NCBI GenBank assembly: GCA_034179845.1
Contig: JAXFPK010000067.1
Coordinates: 1 to 52,067, forward strand
DNA length: 52,067 nt
Direction: 5' to 3'
Source of the DNA: Rothia sp. (in: high G+C Gram-positive bacteria)
GTDB taxonomy: Bacteria > Actinomycetota > Actinomycetes > Actinomycetales > Micrococcaceae
In this document: in pieces, positions 52,033 to 52,067 of the stretch
Layout of the letters: each line of letters starts with the position of its first letter
Position numbering within the stretch: the first letter of the stretch is position 1
Position numbers and translations under genes: made by a program
Notes under the pieces: model-generated
What the model saw: the letters and a program-made list of their open reading frames with translations, nothing else
What the model was told of the DNA's origin: nothing
Databases searched by the model: none

Positions 52033-52067
52033 ATGACAACCGGAAATAACAAGGAAAACCCCTACGG
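52033..52067 (+). CDS. Start of next gene (truncated by window end)
   Basis: AAGGAG RBS, then ATG encoding MTTGNNKENPY. Confidence 0.5.
   Translation, partial: MTTGNNKENPY

Noticed and set aside
52012-52067. tmRNA (ssrA) after smpB
   Set aside because: The sequence shows an RBS and a CDS start, not the tRNA-like GGGG 5' end.

Overview
Chromosomal segment of a moderate-GC actinobacterium. Gene content and order point to Micrococcaceae, probably Rothia-like (inference). The first ~1.7 kb is a decayed accessory patch: a frame-disrupted Gly-rich class II bacteriocin-like gene with a candidate immunity gene, an internally deleted IS3 element with intact terminal inverted repeats, and an IS256 scar. 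From 1.8 to 29.2 kb lies mostly housekeeping: hisD, nrdR, ppgK, map, a formate/nitrite channel, glnA2-glnE, glnA1 with a GlnR box, lipA/lipB, sucB-lpdA, pepA, a PAC2-family gene, DUF4192 and sigA, plus a membrane pseudokinase. From 29.3 to 50.3 kb there is a split Tad/Flp pilus system. Its first block holds Rv3235-like, LysM, tandem-repeat hypothetical, BldC/Xis-like HTH, CpaB/SAF and TadZ/CpaE genes; its second holds tadA-B-C-flp-tadE-tadE-tadG. Between the blocks are pdtaS, whiB1, an orphan EssC-like FHA-FtsK ATPase and a galactofuranan operon (glf, glfT2, wzm, wzt). The window ends with prfB-smpB, without ftsEX. The most interesting signal is non-coding. DnaA-box-type 9-mers (TTATCCACA) and ~10-bp-phased TGAC/TGAT direct repeats recur in the promoters of the dispersed pseudokinase, DUF4192, LysM, HTH/cpaB and tadA genes. 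This suggests a shared regulon, possibly for natural competence, run by the local BldC-like protein and/or DnaA. This is a hypothesis and has not been demonstrated.
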